DNA of 36,302 nucleotides from Cyanobacteriota bacterium (GTDB lineage: Bacteria; Cyanobacteriota; Vampirovibrionia; LMEP-6097). The stretch covers positions 1 to 36,302 of the forward strand of contig JBEAYS010000015.1 in assembly GCA_041170505.1 (NCBI GenBank). Direction: 5' to 3'. This document shows positions 1 to 8,512 of this stretch, piece by piece (position 1 is the stretch's first letter; the number at the start of each line of letters is the position of its first letter). The notes beneath the pieces were generated by a model, which saw only the letters and a program-made list of their open reading frames with translations, was not told where the DNA came from and made no database searches. The position numbers and the translations under genes are program-made.

Positions 1-2
1 GT

Positions 3-449
3 TTGACGATTACTGATCTTAATACCGAAAAAATTACATATAAAAATACATGGGCTACAAATTTAGAAGTATCAGAAAATAATATAGCTGATTTAATTGG
101 GGCCGCTCGCAGTAGATGGAAAGTAGAAAATGAAGGATTCAATATTTTAAAAAATCATGATTACGAGCTTGAGCACAACTATGGTCATGGGGAAGAAAAT
201 CTTGCATTCAATTTTTTTCAATTGACATTATTGTCACATCTTTATCATCAAGCTCATGAATTAAACGATGAACTTTACTTACAAGTTAAAGAGAAAAAAG
301 AAACTAAAAAAAATTTTTGGGATTCAATCAGATCTGCGATCAGAAATATTTTGTTTGACTCTTGGGAAGGTTTGTTTTGTTATTTATTAAATCCACCCAG
401 AATGAAATACGATCTTGAGTCTCAACAGCTAGTACCAGACACCGCTTAA
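3..449 (+). CDS. DDE transposase, C-terminal portion (IS4-like superfamily); 5' end cut by the window edge
   Basis: The ORF is open from the window start. The segment ARSRWKVENEGFNILKN resembles the C-terminal R-x3-E-x6/7-K (YREK-type) signature of IS4-like DDE transposases. Confidence 0.65.
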   Translation: MTITDLNTEKITYKNTWATNLEVSENNIADLIGAARSRWKVENEGFNILKNHDYELEHNYGHGEENLAFNFFQLTLLSHLYHQAHELNDELYLQVKEKKETKKNFWDSIRSAIRNILFDSWEGLFCYLLNPPRMKYDLESQQLVPDTA

Positions 450-471
450 TTCAAATTTCCAATATTTTTAT

Positions 472-491
472 GCAAAACTGACAAGTTTTGC
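472..491 (+). terminator. Hairpin 23 nt downstream of the transposase stop (possible terminator or IS-end structure)
   Basis: GCAAAACT-gaca-AGTTTTGC forms a perfect 8-bp stem with a 4-nt loop. The tail that follows is only moderately T-rich. Confidence 0.3.
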
Positions 492-721
492 TGATTTGGC
501 TTTGTTCTAATTGTTAAATTAAAGATCTGATACCTTAAAATCATCAGTAAACACTAGTCTTTTTGTAATTCTAGAATATTAAGGAATTTCTACTGTGTTT
601 TCCTCACTCTCAAATCTAAACTCTAATAAATTTTTTTTAATTAGCTTACCAAGTGTTCTTGGAGCAAAAACTGTCAATATCCTGACTCAAATATTTTTTA
701 TAAATTGCAAGCTAGCTACTT

Positions 722-964
722 ATGGCATGCAAGCAAATCAGACGAAATGTCGGTAAGTACTTAACTAAAGTGCGTGAAGAGCGCAGACTGAGCTATACCG
801 AGGTGGTCGCCTATCTTTCACTTTATAAGATTAAATGCTCGCGCACGAATCTAGCGCGCATCGAACAGCAAAACGCCAGTATCAGGCACGATATCCTAGC
901 TGGTTTGGGGCTGATTTATGGCTTAAGCGCTGATGAAATCCTTTACCGGACCGGCGATGATTAG
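722..964 (+). CDS. XRE-family helix-turn-helix transcriptional regulator (80 aa)
   Basis: The pattern ...RRLSYTEVVAYLS...SRTNLARIEQQNASIRHDILAGLGLIYGLSADEIL fits the HTH_3/XRE layout. The ORF is visibly more GC-rich (about half GC by eye) than its surroundings. Confidence 0.7.
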   Translation: MACKQIRRNVGKYLTKVREERRLSYTEVVAYLSLYKIKCSRTNLARIEQQNASIRHDILAGLGLIYGLSADEILYRTGDD

Positions 965-1188
965 AGGGTTATACCTGAATCACTTTTATATATTTTTTAA
1001 TTAGAAATTTAAAATTTTTTGATATTGCTTTTTGGCTTGGTATCTCATTAATAGCCAAAGACATTATTTTTGTAGCAATTTTAATTTACATGGGATATTT
1101 GGACCGCTTTGGTGCTTTTGTTGAACTCAAAGTCCCAGGCTATTATAATAAATCAGCGACTATTGCGAAGAAATGTCTGCAGGTTAGG

Positions 1189-4140
1189 TCAAAATAAAAT
1201 ATTTTGGAAAATAGAATTTTTAGAATTTGATTCAGTGGTTTTAAAACGCCAACTATTTTTTCCATAAATACCTGAAAAATAACATCCAGAGCTTCCACAA
1301 GCCCCTCTGACAAGGTCTGAATCTAGTAGTACATAGTATTCGGTATTAGCTGAAAAATCGCTAGTGGGATTAATCGTTACAGTCGCACCAGAAATCGAAA
1401 CATTGCCAGAACCTATTGCAATGGTTTGAAAAGTAGAGTCATTACTCAGCTGTTTAATAATAATATTACCAGTATTAGCAGTAACGTTTTCATTAAAGGT
1501 AATGGTGAGGTTAGCTTTTAAAGGGATTTGCGTGGAATAATTATTTGGGTAAGTTTTAGAGATTTTAGGGCGATTATCAGAAGAGTTTGTAGTAACGGAA
1601 TTACTTACTTGATAAAATGTACTTGGTGAATTTTGATTCCTAAATTCAGTTTTTGCCCACTGGTTAGATCTAAGTTTTTTTGATATTCTAACTTCATCAA
1701 TAAATCCATCGCTGTAGTTGTTATCATAATTTCTTTTTCCAATCAAAAATCTTGAAGAATTTATGGCAAGCTTAGTAGGGGCTTTTCCAGAAAAGGTTAG
1801 TGTAGATTGGTTACCATCAAAATAACCAATAATTCGAGTAACGCTAGTTGACGCTGTCCCATTAAAAACGCTTAAGAGATGATGCCAATTAGTGTCATTT
1901 GAATTGAAATTTGCTTCGTTTTGGGCACCATTACGCCAATATAAATTAATAACGCTAGTATTTGAAACATAGATATCAGACATATCATTAATTGTTCCAG
2001 AACCTCCTTTGCTGATATGAATTCTGGAGTTTTTATTTCTTCGTTTGAACCAGATGGAATAAGTCATTTTAGTTGCGTTATCAATTTCACTAATATCAGC
2101 AGTATCGAAATAATCATTTACTCCATCAAAATCAGTCCCATTGCCTAATTGACCTGCCACACGATCGGCACTTGTCATCGAACCATAGGGAGTTCCATAG
2201 TATTTATTTACAGCACTATTATAAATTGCGTTTGTAGCATCACCGTTAGGATTTTCTTGCATATGATAAACAGCTACAAAACCATTTGACCATACGTCAT
2301 GTTTGCCAAGCGGGTCTGAGGCATTTATGGGTCTTGCATTTGAATTGCCATAGTACATATAAAAATCCATATTTGCTGTGTTGCTTAAGTTTGGAGCTTT
2401 GAAATGAAGTTCGCCTAGATTTCCAATGGCATTAAACTGTACAAGCTCACTTGCCAGTACCGTTAGTCCGTCACCCTGGGTGATTCTAATGTCTGCCCCG
2501 TCACTTCTAGTATTATTAAACATATTGGTGGAAGAAAAATCACTCAGTCTCAAAAACACTGGGAAATTGCTCAGTGAGCCATTTACTTGACTATCATCGA
2601 CGGTGAATTTTACTCTTTTGGTCCAATCATTATTCATCCAGCCTGTTATTGGGGCGGTAGTAAAATTCCAAGTAGTACTATCACTAATACCTGCAAAACT
2701 ATTGCCAGCTAAATCATCTATGGCACTGGCATCAATCTGCACATAATAACTAGTACTGGGCGCAAAATCACTGGGATTAAAAGTAAGGCTAGAAGTACCA
2801 TTGCCAGTGGCACTCGTGATACTGATAGTTTGTGCTGTTGAATTATCAGAGGATTTCTTAATGACCAGGTTGCCTGATTGAGTATCTATATTCTCGCTAA
2901 AACTTATTATTAAATCAGAATCGATTGCTACATTTGTAGCACCATCAACAGGGCTTAATGAGCTGATGCTAGGTGGAGTAGAGTTATTGTTTTCTTGGCT
3001 AGAAACAGAATAAAACCCAGAAGGAGAGCTTTGATTAGAATATTCTGTTTGTATCCAAGATTTACCATGAGCATTATCGGATACTCTCAATTCATCGAAT
3101 TGTGCGCTTGCAAAATTAGTATAATTCAAAGAATTTTGATAACCTGCAATTAAATGATTTAGATCTGCTCCACTATTTGGACTAATAGTACTATAGCTCA
3201 TACCTGTTAGAAGATTGCCGTTTACATAAATTTTAAATCTATTATTGCCTGATTCGTTTGCATCATATACCATTACCGAATAAGTCCAGTTAGTATTTCT
3301 AGATTCGGTTTTACTATGATATAAACTATCTCCACCACCAGAATCAGAGCTTCCTTTCCAATCGGTCCCATCATGGAAAAGAGAAATTACAGAAGTGTAG
3401 CTTTTTGCAAAAATAGGGACAACGCTTGTCGTATTTGAGGCTTTAATCCAAGCAGAAAGAGTAAATGCAGAATTTTGATATAGGGAGTTTATCGCCCCGA
3501 GTTCCAGATAATCATTGGAGCCATCAAGATCAACTCCATTGCCAATTTGTCCAGCAATTTTATCACTGGAATTCATAGATCCTTTACTTTTGGCATCATA
3601 ATTATTTGAACTACTGTCCTGAAACTCGCTATCGTTATCATCAGAAGTGGGAGTTTCTTGAAGGTGTGCTACTAATTGATAGCTGGATTTCCAGGTACTA
3701 GTGGAATTAGTTTCAGCCCCTGTTGGGTTACCGTAATAAATATAAAAAATTGAGTTGCTCGTATTATAAAGATTTGGAGCCTTAAACCATAGTGCTCCTT
3801 GATTATTTGTTGTAGTGATAAATTCTATTTCTCTATTAAGTTTAGTAACTTCGTCATTATCTGTAATAACGATATCTCCTCCATCATTTTTTACATTATC
3901 AAAAAAATCAGCCCCAAAATCATTCAGCTTTAGATAAACAGGGAAATCAGTCAAATCACCATTAACTTTGCTATGCTGAACTGTGAATTTCTTGCGATAT
4001 AGCCAATTGCCGTTATACCAGGAAGCTTTGCAGGGTTCATAAAAAATCAATAAACAAAGCACTAAAAATACTAAATTTTTATTTAATTTAAAAATTAGAT
4101 TTTTCAAATAACCCTTCCTTATACATTTTTTATAATACAA
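1189..4140 (-). CDS. Large secreted/cell-surface protein with two tandem DUF2341-like + LamG (concanavalin-like) + Ig-like modules
   Basis: The 983-aa ORF has a signal-like N-terminus (LVFLVLCLLIFYEPCKA). Two ~480-aa modules each carry W-x-[YK]R-x-KFTV...[DN]FPV[YF]L[KR]L...FKAPNL...Y[IM]YYGN (DUF2341-like), AGQ[IL]GNG-x-D[LF]DG-x-NDY (LamG-like) and an Ig-like SbsA-type tail. The ORF-track start at 4140 is TTG. An in-frame TTG at 4107, preceded by AAGGAAGG, is an alternative start. Confidence 0.85.
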   Translation of the reverse strand: MYYKKCIRKGYLKNLIFKLNKNLVFLVLCLLIFYEPCKASWYNGNWLYRKKFTVQHSKVNGDLTDFPVYLKLNDFGADFFDNVKNDGGDIVITDNDEVTKLNREIEFITTTNNQGALWFKAPNLYNTSNSIFYIYYGNPTGAETNSTSTWKSSYQLVAHLQETPTSDDNDSEFQDSSSNNYDAKSKGSMNSSDKIAGQIGNGVDLDGSNDYLELGAINSLYQNSAFTLSAWIKASNTTSVVPIFAKSYTSVISLFHDGTDWKGSSDSGGGDSLYHSKTESRNTNWTYSVMVYDANESGNNRFKIYVNGNLLTGMSYSTISPNSGADLNHLIAGYQNSLNYTNFASAQFDELRVSDNAHGKSWIQTEYSNQSSPSGFYSVSSQENNNSTPPSISSLSPVDGATNVAIDSDLIISFSENIDTQSGNLVIKKSSDNSTAQTISITSATGNGTSSLTFNPSDFAPSTSYYVQIDASAIDDLAGNSFAGISDSTTWNFTTAPITGWMNNDWTKRVKFTVDDSQVNGSLSNFPVFLRLSDFSSTNMFNNTRSDGADIRITQGDGLTVLASELVQFNAIGNLGELHFKAPNLSNTANMDFYMYYGNSNARPINASDPLGKHDVWSNGFVAVYHMQENPNGDATNAIYNSAVNKYYGTPYGSMTSADRVAGQLGNGTDFDGVNDYFDTADISEIDNATKMTYSIWFKRRNKNSRIHISKGGSGTINDMSDIYVSNTSVINLYWRNGAQNEANFNSNDTNWHHLLSVFNGTASTSVTRIIGYFDGNQSTLTFSGKAPTKLAINSSRFLIGKRNYDNNYSDGFIDEVRISKKLRSNQWAKTEFRNQNSPSTFYQVSNSVTTNSSDNRPKISKTYPNNYSTQIPLKANLTITFNENVTANTGNIIIKQLSNDSTFQTIAIGSGNVSISGATVTINPTSDFSANTEYYVLLDSDLVRGACGSSGCYFSGIYGKNSWRFKTTESNSKNSIFQNILF

Positions 4141-4162
4141 TTAATTGGCAAAATAGTCTTTA

Positions 4163-4296
4163 GGATTCGCTGAAAACGAAGTTTTGAAGCGGAATCCGCT
4201 TAACAAAAATATTACGGATCCACTCCCTGAGCTAATAATGAATCTTGGCTCAGGGTTGAAAAATCGACGAAGTCGCATTTTTCAGTGGATCCTTAA
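4163..4296 (+). repeat. Copy A of a ~134-bp palindromic MITE/REP-like element
   Basis: It aligns along its full length with 22922-23055, mostly identical by eye apart from the central hairpin. The ends are imperfect inverted repeats (GGATTCGCTGAAAA versus the reverse complement of TTTTTCAGTGGATCC, 12/14 matches). It contains internal nested hairpins and is flanked by TTA on both sides. Confidence 0.8.
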
Positions 4297-5819
4297 TATG
4301 TAATGTCTATATAAGGTATAGGCAAAAATAATTTTTTGCCTCTCCGATAAAAGCTAGAAACTCTTACATCAGCCTTGTCGGTTCCAATCACATCGGGGGA
4401 CCTTAATTGAGGGTTTTGGAGCAAAATGGGTATATTAGGATTGAGATCGACCGCCAGAGACATATACTTTTCGTATAGGTCTTTTTTGTTTTGGCCTAAA
4501 TTTATAAAAGCTTTTATTAGATACCAGTATTCATTTGGGCCAGAATACTTAATAGCCTTATTTATGGCAATTTTAGCTTCCATGAGTTTATTGTTTGCAA
4601 GTAGACTTGCAGAATAATAACCATAAAAATATCCAATCTTAGGACTTAGTTTTACAGCTTGAGAAAAATAGAATTCACTTACAATAGTATTTTTATTTAA
4701 AAAATTACTACCCTGCATTAAATAATATAAAGAATTATATTTATCCCATTTTATGGCCTTGTTATAATCATCTCGATCGTAATAAAAGTGTCCTATTATA
4801 CTCATGGTGAATATCCCAAGTGCAATAAGAATAACGAGTATTTGAGCTTTGTTGGAAAATTTTTCAGGAATTTTTTTTTGAATAAAGTTTTTGTTTTGTA
4901 GATTTATAAGCCCGTTAAAAATTAGACCACTGATTAAAAATTGCTGGGGGCTTACAAGAGGGTTATCAAAACAGCTAATAATTAGCAAAGGCAAAAAAGC
5001 TGGTCTTGCTTGTTTGAAAATCAAATAAAAAAATACAATCAAAATGACTAATCCTATTATGCCGAGTTCAAAACCATAGTGAGCCCAAAGACTGTGTCCG
5101 TGAGCGAGTTCTTGTCCTGCTCGAGACCCCCAAATTGGCCTAATTATTTTGAAGGATGGTATGTCTATGGCGAAAGTGCCAAAACCTTGTCCCCATATTG
5201 GTGAGTTTAAAAAACCTTTTAGACAAGCTCCCCAAATGAATAGTCTTGAGATTAGAGATTTATAAAAAAAATGTCTCAAATTATCAAAAAACAAAAAATA
5301 TATAATCGGAAATATTGGAATCAATAATAAAAGCAATTTGTCTTTAAATTTTGATATTATTGTACTGATCAAAGCCAATATTGAAGATAGTTTTAATTGA
5401 GTAAACATTACAATTGAGGATAAAATATAGATGATTATATTTTTAGTTTGAAGTTTTTTATCAGTATAAAGAGCTAGAAAAACCGGAAGCCATAATGAAA
5501 AACCTCCTTTTTCACCAAAACAAATACCAAAACTTTCTAATAATCCAATAGATATCAACAATAAAAAAACTTTTCTTTTTGTATTGGTATTTTTATTCCA
5601 ATTGAATCCTAGAGCAAAACCTAAAAATCCAACTTTAAGTAAAAAATATTCAATACTAAATCTTGGTTCATTAGCACATAAAAAGCAGATTAATAGAATC
5701 AACCAAAAAACATAAAATTGGCTAATTTTTTTTAATCCTTGTAAGGCAATTAAGCTGGCAATAGCATGAGACCACCAAAAACTTAATCCGTGAGCGGTTC
5801 CCAAAAAAACTAAACCCAA
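4293..5819 (-). CDS. O-antigen ligase/polymerase-like (Wzy_C) polytopic membrane protein fused to C-terminal TPR repeats
   Basis: The N-terminal ~340 aa are multi-pass hydrophobic and carry the Wzy_C-type loop motif ELAHGHSLWAHYGFELGIIG. The C-terminal ~150 aa are TPR-like. The start is TTG, and the stop TAA coincides with the TTA flank of repeat copy A. Confidence 0.8.
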   Translation of the reverse strand: MGLVFLGTAHGLSFWWSHAIASLIALQGLKKISQFYVFWLILLICFLCANEPRFSIEYFLLKVGFLGFALGFNWNKNTNTKRKVFLLLISIGLLESFGICFGEKGGFSLWLPVFLALYTDKKLQTKNIIIYILSSIVMFTQLKLSSILALISTIISKFKDKLLLLLIPIFPIIYFLFFDNLRHFFYKSLISRLFIWGACLKGFLNSPIWGQGFGTFAIDIPSFKIIRPIWGSRAGQELAHGHSLWAHYGFELGIIGLVILIVFFYLIFKQARPAFLPLLIISCFDNPLVSPQQFLISGLIFNGLINLQNKNFIQKKIPEKFSNKAQILVILIALGIFTMSIIGHFYYDRDDYNKAIKWDKYNSLYYLMQGSNFLNKNTIVSEFYFSQAVKLSPKIGYFYGYYSASLLANNKLMEAKIAINKAIKYSGPNEYWYLIKAFINLGQNKKDLYEKYMSLAVDLNPNIPILLQNPQLRSPDVIGTDKADVRVSSFYRRGKKLFLPIPYIDITY

Positions 5820-5857
5820 AAAACAAATTAAAAACTCACCAAAATTTTTAATGCGTA

Positions 5858-7675
5858 TTATAAAAACCCTTTTATATAGGTCTGGCGACTGCGAGCTTCG
5901 TTTTTGTATTCACCTTCAGGATTGATTTTGAGATATTTATCATATAGGTTGATTGCATCAAGCAGTTTTCTTTGTTCCTCAAGAATTATAGCCGCAAAAA
6001 ATATTGCTTCTGTCTGATTTTTTTCATCAATGCCATAGGCTTTTTTGTATGCCTCCAAAGCCTCCAAATCCTCACCAATAGCTTGATACGCAGTACCAAG
6101 GTTGTACCAAGCATTTGCATTTTCTGGTACGAGTTTTACTACTTCAAGGTATTTGGCGATAGCTTCACGATTTTGAGCCCCACTTTGTAAAGTGATAGCT
6201 TGCTCAAGAAGTTTATTAGCTTTGGCGGCTTCTGCTGATTTTATTGCTATTTGATAATTAGGATCTGGTTTTAGTTGGTAAGCTTTTTGATAGTTTTCAA
6301 GAGATAGATCATATTGGCCAAGGCCTTGGTAGGCTACTGCAATATTATAAAAGAGACTATCGTCTTGAGGTCGATCTTTTACTATACGATTATAAATGGA
6401 AAGAGCTTCATTGTAAGAACCAGTTTGCTGAAGGCTTACAGCTTTTGAAAAGGCTTCTACAACTAAGCGTTCTTGCTCTTCTTTGTTTAGACTAGCAATT
6501 GCATCTTTAGCCTCTTGGTGATTGGGATTGAGTTCTAGTGCTTTGGAATAAGCTTTTTGAGCTCGAGCTAGATCTTTTTTGGCTTGAAAAGCAGTACCTA
6601 TATTGTAGTGAATATCAGGGTTGTTGGGTTCTAGATTTAGGGCGCGAATATAATTAGCCAAACTTTCATCTAGATTACCTTGTTTTTGAAATTTTATGGC
6701 GCGATCCAAAAAAAGTGCGACTTGAGTCTTGATGCGATCTTCCTTGAGGCTATCAATTCCTTTATTGGCAAGCTGGTTATTAGCATCTATCTGAAGAGCT
6801 CTACGAAAACTTCTTTCAGCCTGCAAAAAATCACCCTTGAGCTGGTAGGCTGTACCAAGACCTACATGATTATTAGCAAGATGCGGAGCAACACGAATTG
6901 CCGCTAACCAGCCGTTAATTAGAGCAGATTGAGCCTCTTCATTTGCGGGATCTTTTTTTATTGCTTGTTGATAGTAATCAATACCAGTGCTAATTTTACC
7001 TGAAGCCACATGCACATCTCCTAATCTAATTAGAGGGCGGGCATCTTCTGGCTCAAGCTGAATTGCTCTGTTGAAGGCAGTTATAGCTTTATCAATATAA
7101 ATTTGTTGATCTGGGGATTTTAAGGATAACAAATGATAATTAGTACCGATTTCTAAATACGCTTCAGTGGTTTCCTTAATGCGATTTGATTCATTTAGCT
7201 CAGCGATCGCCGCCAGAAAATTTTCTGCAATTCTTTCTTGCTTAGCTTGCAAAATTCTTTTTACCGGATCTTTGGCATCGATATTCATCTCTTTTAGTTT
7301 GATTTCAAGATTAGATCTTGCAATATTATTATCAGGATTATAATAAAGTGCGTGACGAAATTCTCTTGCTGAGCCAGTTCCATCTGTGCGCTCCGCTAAA
7401 TACTTACCATAGTTATTATGAGTAATACTCAGATTATTGAGAATCTGTTTATTATTTGGGTTAATGTCTAAGGCTCTTAAAAAAGATTTCATCGCCAGTA
7501 AATAGTTTCTATTACTGTGATAATTAATTCCCTCATTGATCAAATTGTCGACAGCAGATTTATCCTCGGGTCCAAGTTCTGCGTTTATATTTTGGCTAGA
7601 GGCCACAATCAAACAAAAAGTTAAAAACAGACTTTTAAAAACTCTTAAATTAATTTTGAATTTATTTTGCGACAT
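5858..7675 (-). CDS. Secreted tetratricopeptide (TPR) repeat protein, 605 aa
   Basis: The N-terminus is signal-like (LFLTFCLIVASSQNINA). TPR signatures recur: RALDINPNN, RAIQLEPED, RALQIDANN, RALNLEPNN, KALELNPNH, KAYQLKPDP. Confidence 0.85.
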   Translation of the reverse strand: MSQNKFKINLRVFKSLFLTFCLIVASSQNINAELGPEDKSAVDNLINEGINYHSNRNYLLAMKSFLRALDINPNNKQILNNLSITHNNYGKYLAERTDGTGSAREFRHALYYNPDNNIARSNLEIKLKEMNIDAKDPVKRILQAKQERIAENFLAAIAELNESNRIKETTEAYLEIGTNYHLLSLKSPDQQIYIDKAITAFNRAIQLEPEDARPLIRLGDVHVASGKISTGIDYYQQAIKKDPANEEAQSALINGWLAAIRVAPHLANNHVGLGTAYQLKGDFLQAERSFRRALQIDANNQLANKGIDSLKEDRIKTQVALFLDRAIKFQKQGNLDESLANYIRALNLEPNNPDIHYNIGTAFQAKKDLARAQKAYSKALELNPNHQEAKDAIASLNKEEQERLVVEAFSKAVSLQQTGSYNEALSIYNRIVKDRPQDDSLFYNIAVAYQGLGQYDLSLENYQKAYQLKPDPNYQIAIKSAEAAKANKLLEQAITLQSGAQNREAIAKYLEVVKLVPENANAWYNLGTAYQAIGEDLEALEAYKKAYGIDEKNQTEAIFFAAIILEEQRKLLDAINLYDKYLKINPEGEYKNEARSRQTYIKGFL

Positions 7676-7769
7676 ATAGCTGGGGCATTTTTATCTCTAT
7701 ACCAAGATATATATAAAATATAGACTTTTTGTGTTATTTCGTCCAAAGATAATCAATTATCTTATATGT

Positions 7770-7796
7770 TTGTAAATACAAAAAAATGGGTATAAT
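7770..7796 (+). promoter_or_regulatory. Candidate sigma70-type promoter for the HD-GYP gene
   Basis: TTGTAA (7770-7775) and TATAAT (7791-7796) are separated by a 15-nt spacer. AT-rich DNA produces such matches by chance. Confidence 0.25.
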
Positions 7797-7870
7797 AATA
7801 ATATATTCATTTTTATTTGTTATTTTTTGATTGTGCTGGCACAATGATAAATATCTCTTAAGGCCCCAGT

Positions 7871-8512
7871 ATGCAAGAAGAATTTTATAATATCGCAAAA
7901 GCATTAATTTACGCGCTGGAAATCAAAGATCCCTATACTAGTGGACATAGTTATAGAGTTTACAAAATCTCAAAAGAACTTGGCAAGATGTTTGATCTGC
8001 CAGAAAATGATCAATTTAATTTAGAGGGCGGTGCGCTTCTTCACGATATAGGTAAGATTGGGATTAAAGATGATGTACTTTTTAAACCTTCTTCTCTAAC
8101 ACAAGATGAATACAGTATCATGAAGACGCATGTAATTCTGGGCGCAAATATTGTCTCTCAAATACCTGATCTGAAACGCTGTCTAGAACCGATTTTGTTT
8201 CATCATGAGCGCATTGACGGCAAGGGTTACCCTCATGGCTGTACTGGTAAGGAAATTCCAATGATTGCAAAGATCACTTCTGTAGCTGATGCTTATGATG
8301 CGATGACTACTAATCGTGTTTATATGCCAGCACGCAGTCCTGAAGCAGGTTTGGAAGAAGTGATTAGATTTTCTGGGACTCAGTTCGAGCCTGAGGTAGT
8401 AGAAGCTTTCGTTGAGTGGTGGCACAAAAAATATCAAGCAAAAGATCCCATTTTAAATTCTAATATCAAAGAATCTGTGAATCACTCAGCATCATCAATT
8501 TTTCAGCCTTAA
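7871..8512 (+). CDS. Stand-alone HD-GYP domain protein (putative c-di-GMP phosphodiesterase)
   Basis: Motifs GHSYRV, LLHDIGKIG and HHERIDGKGYP (the HD and GYP signatures) are present. Confidence 0.9.
   Translation: MQEEFYNIAKALIYALEIKDPYTSGHSYRVYKISKELGKMFDLPENDQFNLEGGALLHDIGKIGIKDDVLFKPSSLTQDEYSIMKTHVILGANIVSQIPDLKRCLEPILFHHERIDGKGYPHGCTGKEIPMIAKITSVADAYDAMTTNRVYMPARSPEAGLEEVIRFSGTQFEPEVVEAFVEWWHKKYQAKDPILNSNIKESVNHSASSIFQP

Noticed and set aside
1031-1065. Hairpin TTTGGCT-N15-AGCCAAA with a T-rich tail downstream of the HTH gene, as a possible terminator.
   Set aside because: A 7-bp AT-rich stem with a 15-nt loop is weak. It is indistinguishable from chance structure in this composition.
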